DNA of 63,660 nt, counting the filler, from Octopus bimaculoides (taxonomy: Eukaryota): assembly GCF_001194135.2 (NCBI RefSeq). It is 6 parts of 4 records of this genome, joined end to end, with 100 filler letters (N's around TTAATTAATTAA, not from the genome) between each part and the next. Parts side by side here need not be neighbours in the genome. Positions count along the whole stretch, not along the records: positions 60,911 to 63,660 come from NC_068987.1; 5 more parts are not named here. One strand, written 5' to 3'. The notes beneath the pieces are model-generated. The model was not told the origin of the DNA and searched no databases. It saw nothing but the letters and a program-made list of their open reading frames with translations. The position numbers and the translations under genes were made by a program. Numbering within the stretch: position 1 is the first letter of the stretch; the number at the start of each line of letters is the position of its first letter. Below are positions 62,961-63,660 of this stretch, one piece after another.

Positions 62961-63361
62961 ATATTAATGTTTTAAAGTTTTCTTGAGATGTTCGTTTGTC
63001 TATCCAGTTGGAAATTGCAGTAGTACTTTTGCAATGAAACGGATATTTACATTTTCGAATACTCAGTGAGAAAGGTAAGGATAAGTTTTCACAGAAGTTA
63101 TAGATATTAAATTATTTTAAACTGATTGTTTTTGTGTTCGAAAGCTGTATGTAAGTTTCCAAACTTATTTTGAGGGAGATTCAAAATATTCACAGGAAAT
63201 TGTAAATATTCCAGTCTTTGCGATTAGTAGGAGGAAGCAATGTTCACATTGTTGAATGTTTGAATTTCTAAAGCTTTCTTTTTCCTTTTTAAACGTTTTG
63301 CTGTGGTTTACAGTTTTTGTAGTTGTGCAGTATGTATACATTGGCAGGTGCTTACCTTCTT

Positions 63362-63362
63362 A

Positions 63363-63453
<91 letters not shown>

Positions 63454-63610
63454 TTATGTTTGACTTTTGTTTTGCATTTGTACAAGTTGGATCCAAGTCT
63501 CACCCAGAGACCTCAAGAGACAACAAGTTAGAAGTTCATGTAGGTGTTATGCCTAGGGTACCATATATTTGGATTTGTACAGTTTTGTTCGAGTGAATGT
63601 TTAAGAAACC
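63362..63610 (-). mobile_element. Non-LTR retrotransposon 3' UTR (Dong/R4-like) with long (AAT)n tail
   Basis: gaggtctctgggtgagacttggatccaacttgtacaaatgcaaaac is followed by about 30 AAT units on the minus strand. Confidence 0.6.
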
Positions 63611-63660
63611 ATAAGAAAATTATGTTTGCTTTAAAATTTGAGATCACATAGACAGTATTT

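Overview
Eukaryotic, AT-rich, repeat-dominated genomic DNA. The SINE families, microsatellite load and transposon mix look like an octopod cephalopod (Octopus-like); this assignment is an inference from memory, not a database result. I find no intact protein-coding gene. About 4.5 kb of sequence is missing or artificial: five N gaps (about 3 kb), plus five 100-bp scaffolding spacers (N44-TTAATTAATTAA-N44). Most of the window is decayed transposable elements: four mariner copies, two Tc1-like fragments, a hAT-like transposase, Gypsy pol, Penelope-like elements, Dong/R4, Tx1/L1 and RTE LINEs, and three SINE families. The main non-repeat signal is a minus-strand exon at about 6125-6517 that resembles the signal peptide plus FTP propeptide of a bacterial-type M4 (thermolysin/pseudolysin/vibriolysin) metalloprotease. 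It is frameshifted in the signal peptide and fused in frame to a Tc1 transposase tail, and its catalytic domain is not visible here. Smaller oddities: an old non-coding duplication flanking that locus, a 42-46-bp degenerate minisatellite with 14-aa periodicity, a templated 26-bp insertion, a 39-bp foldback hairpin, and several candidate micro-exons or first exons.
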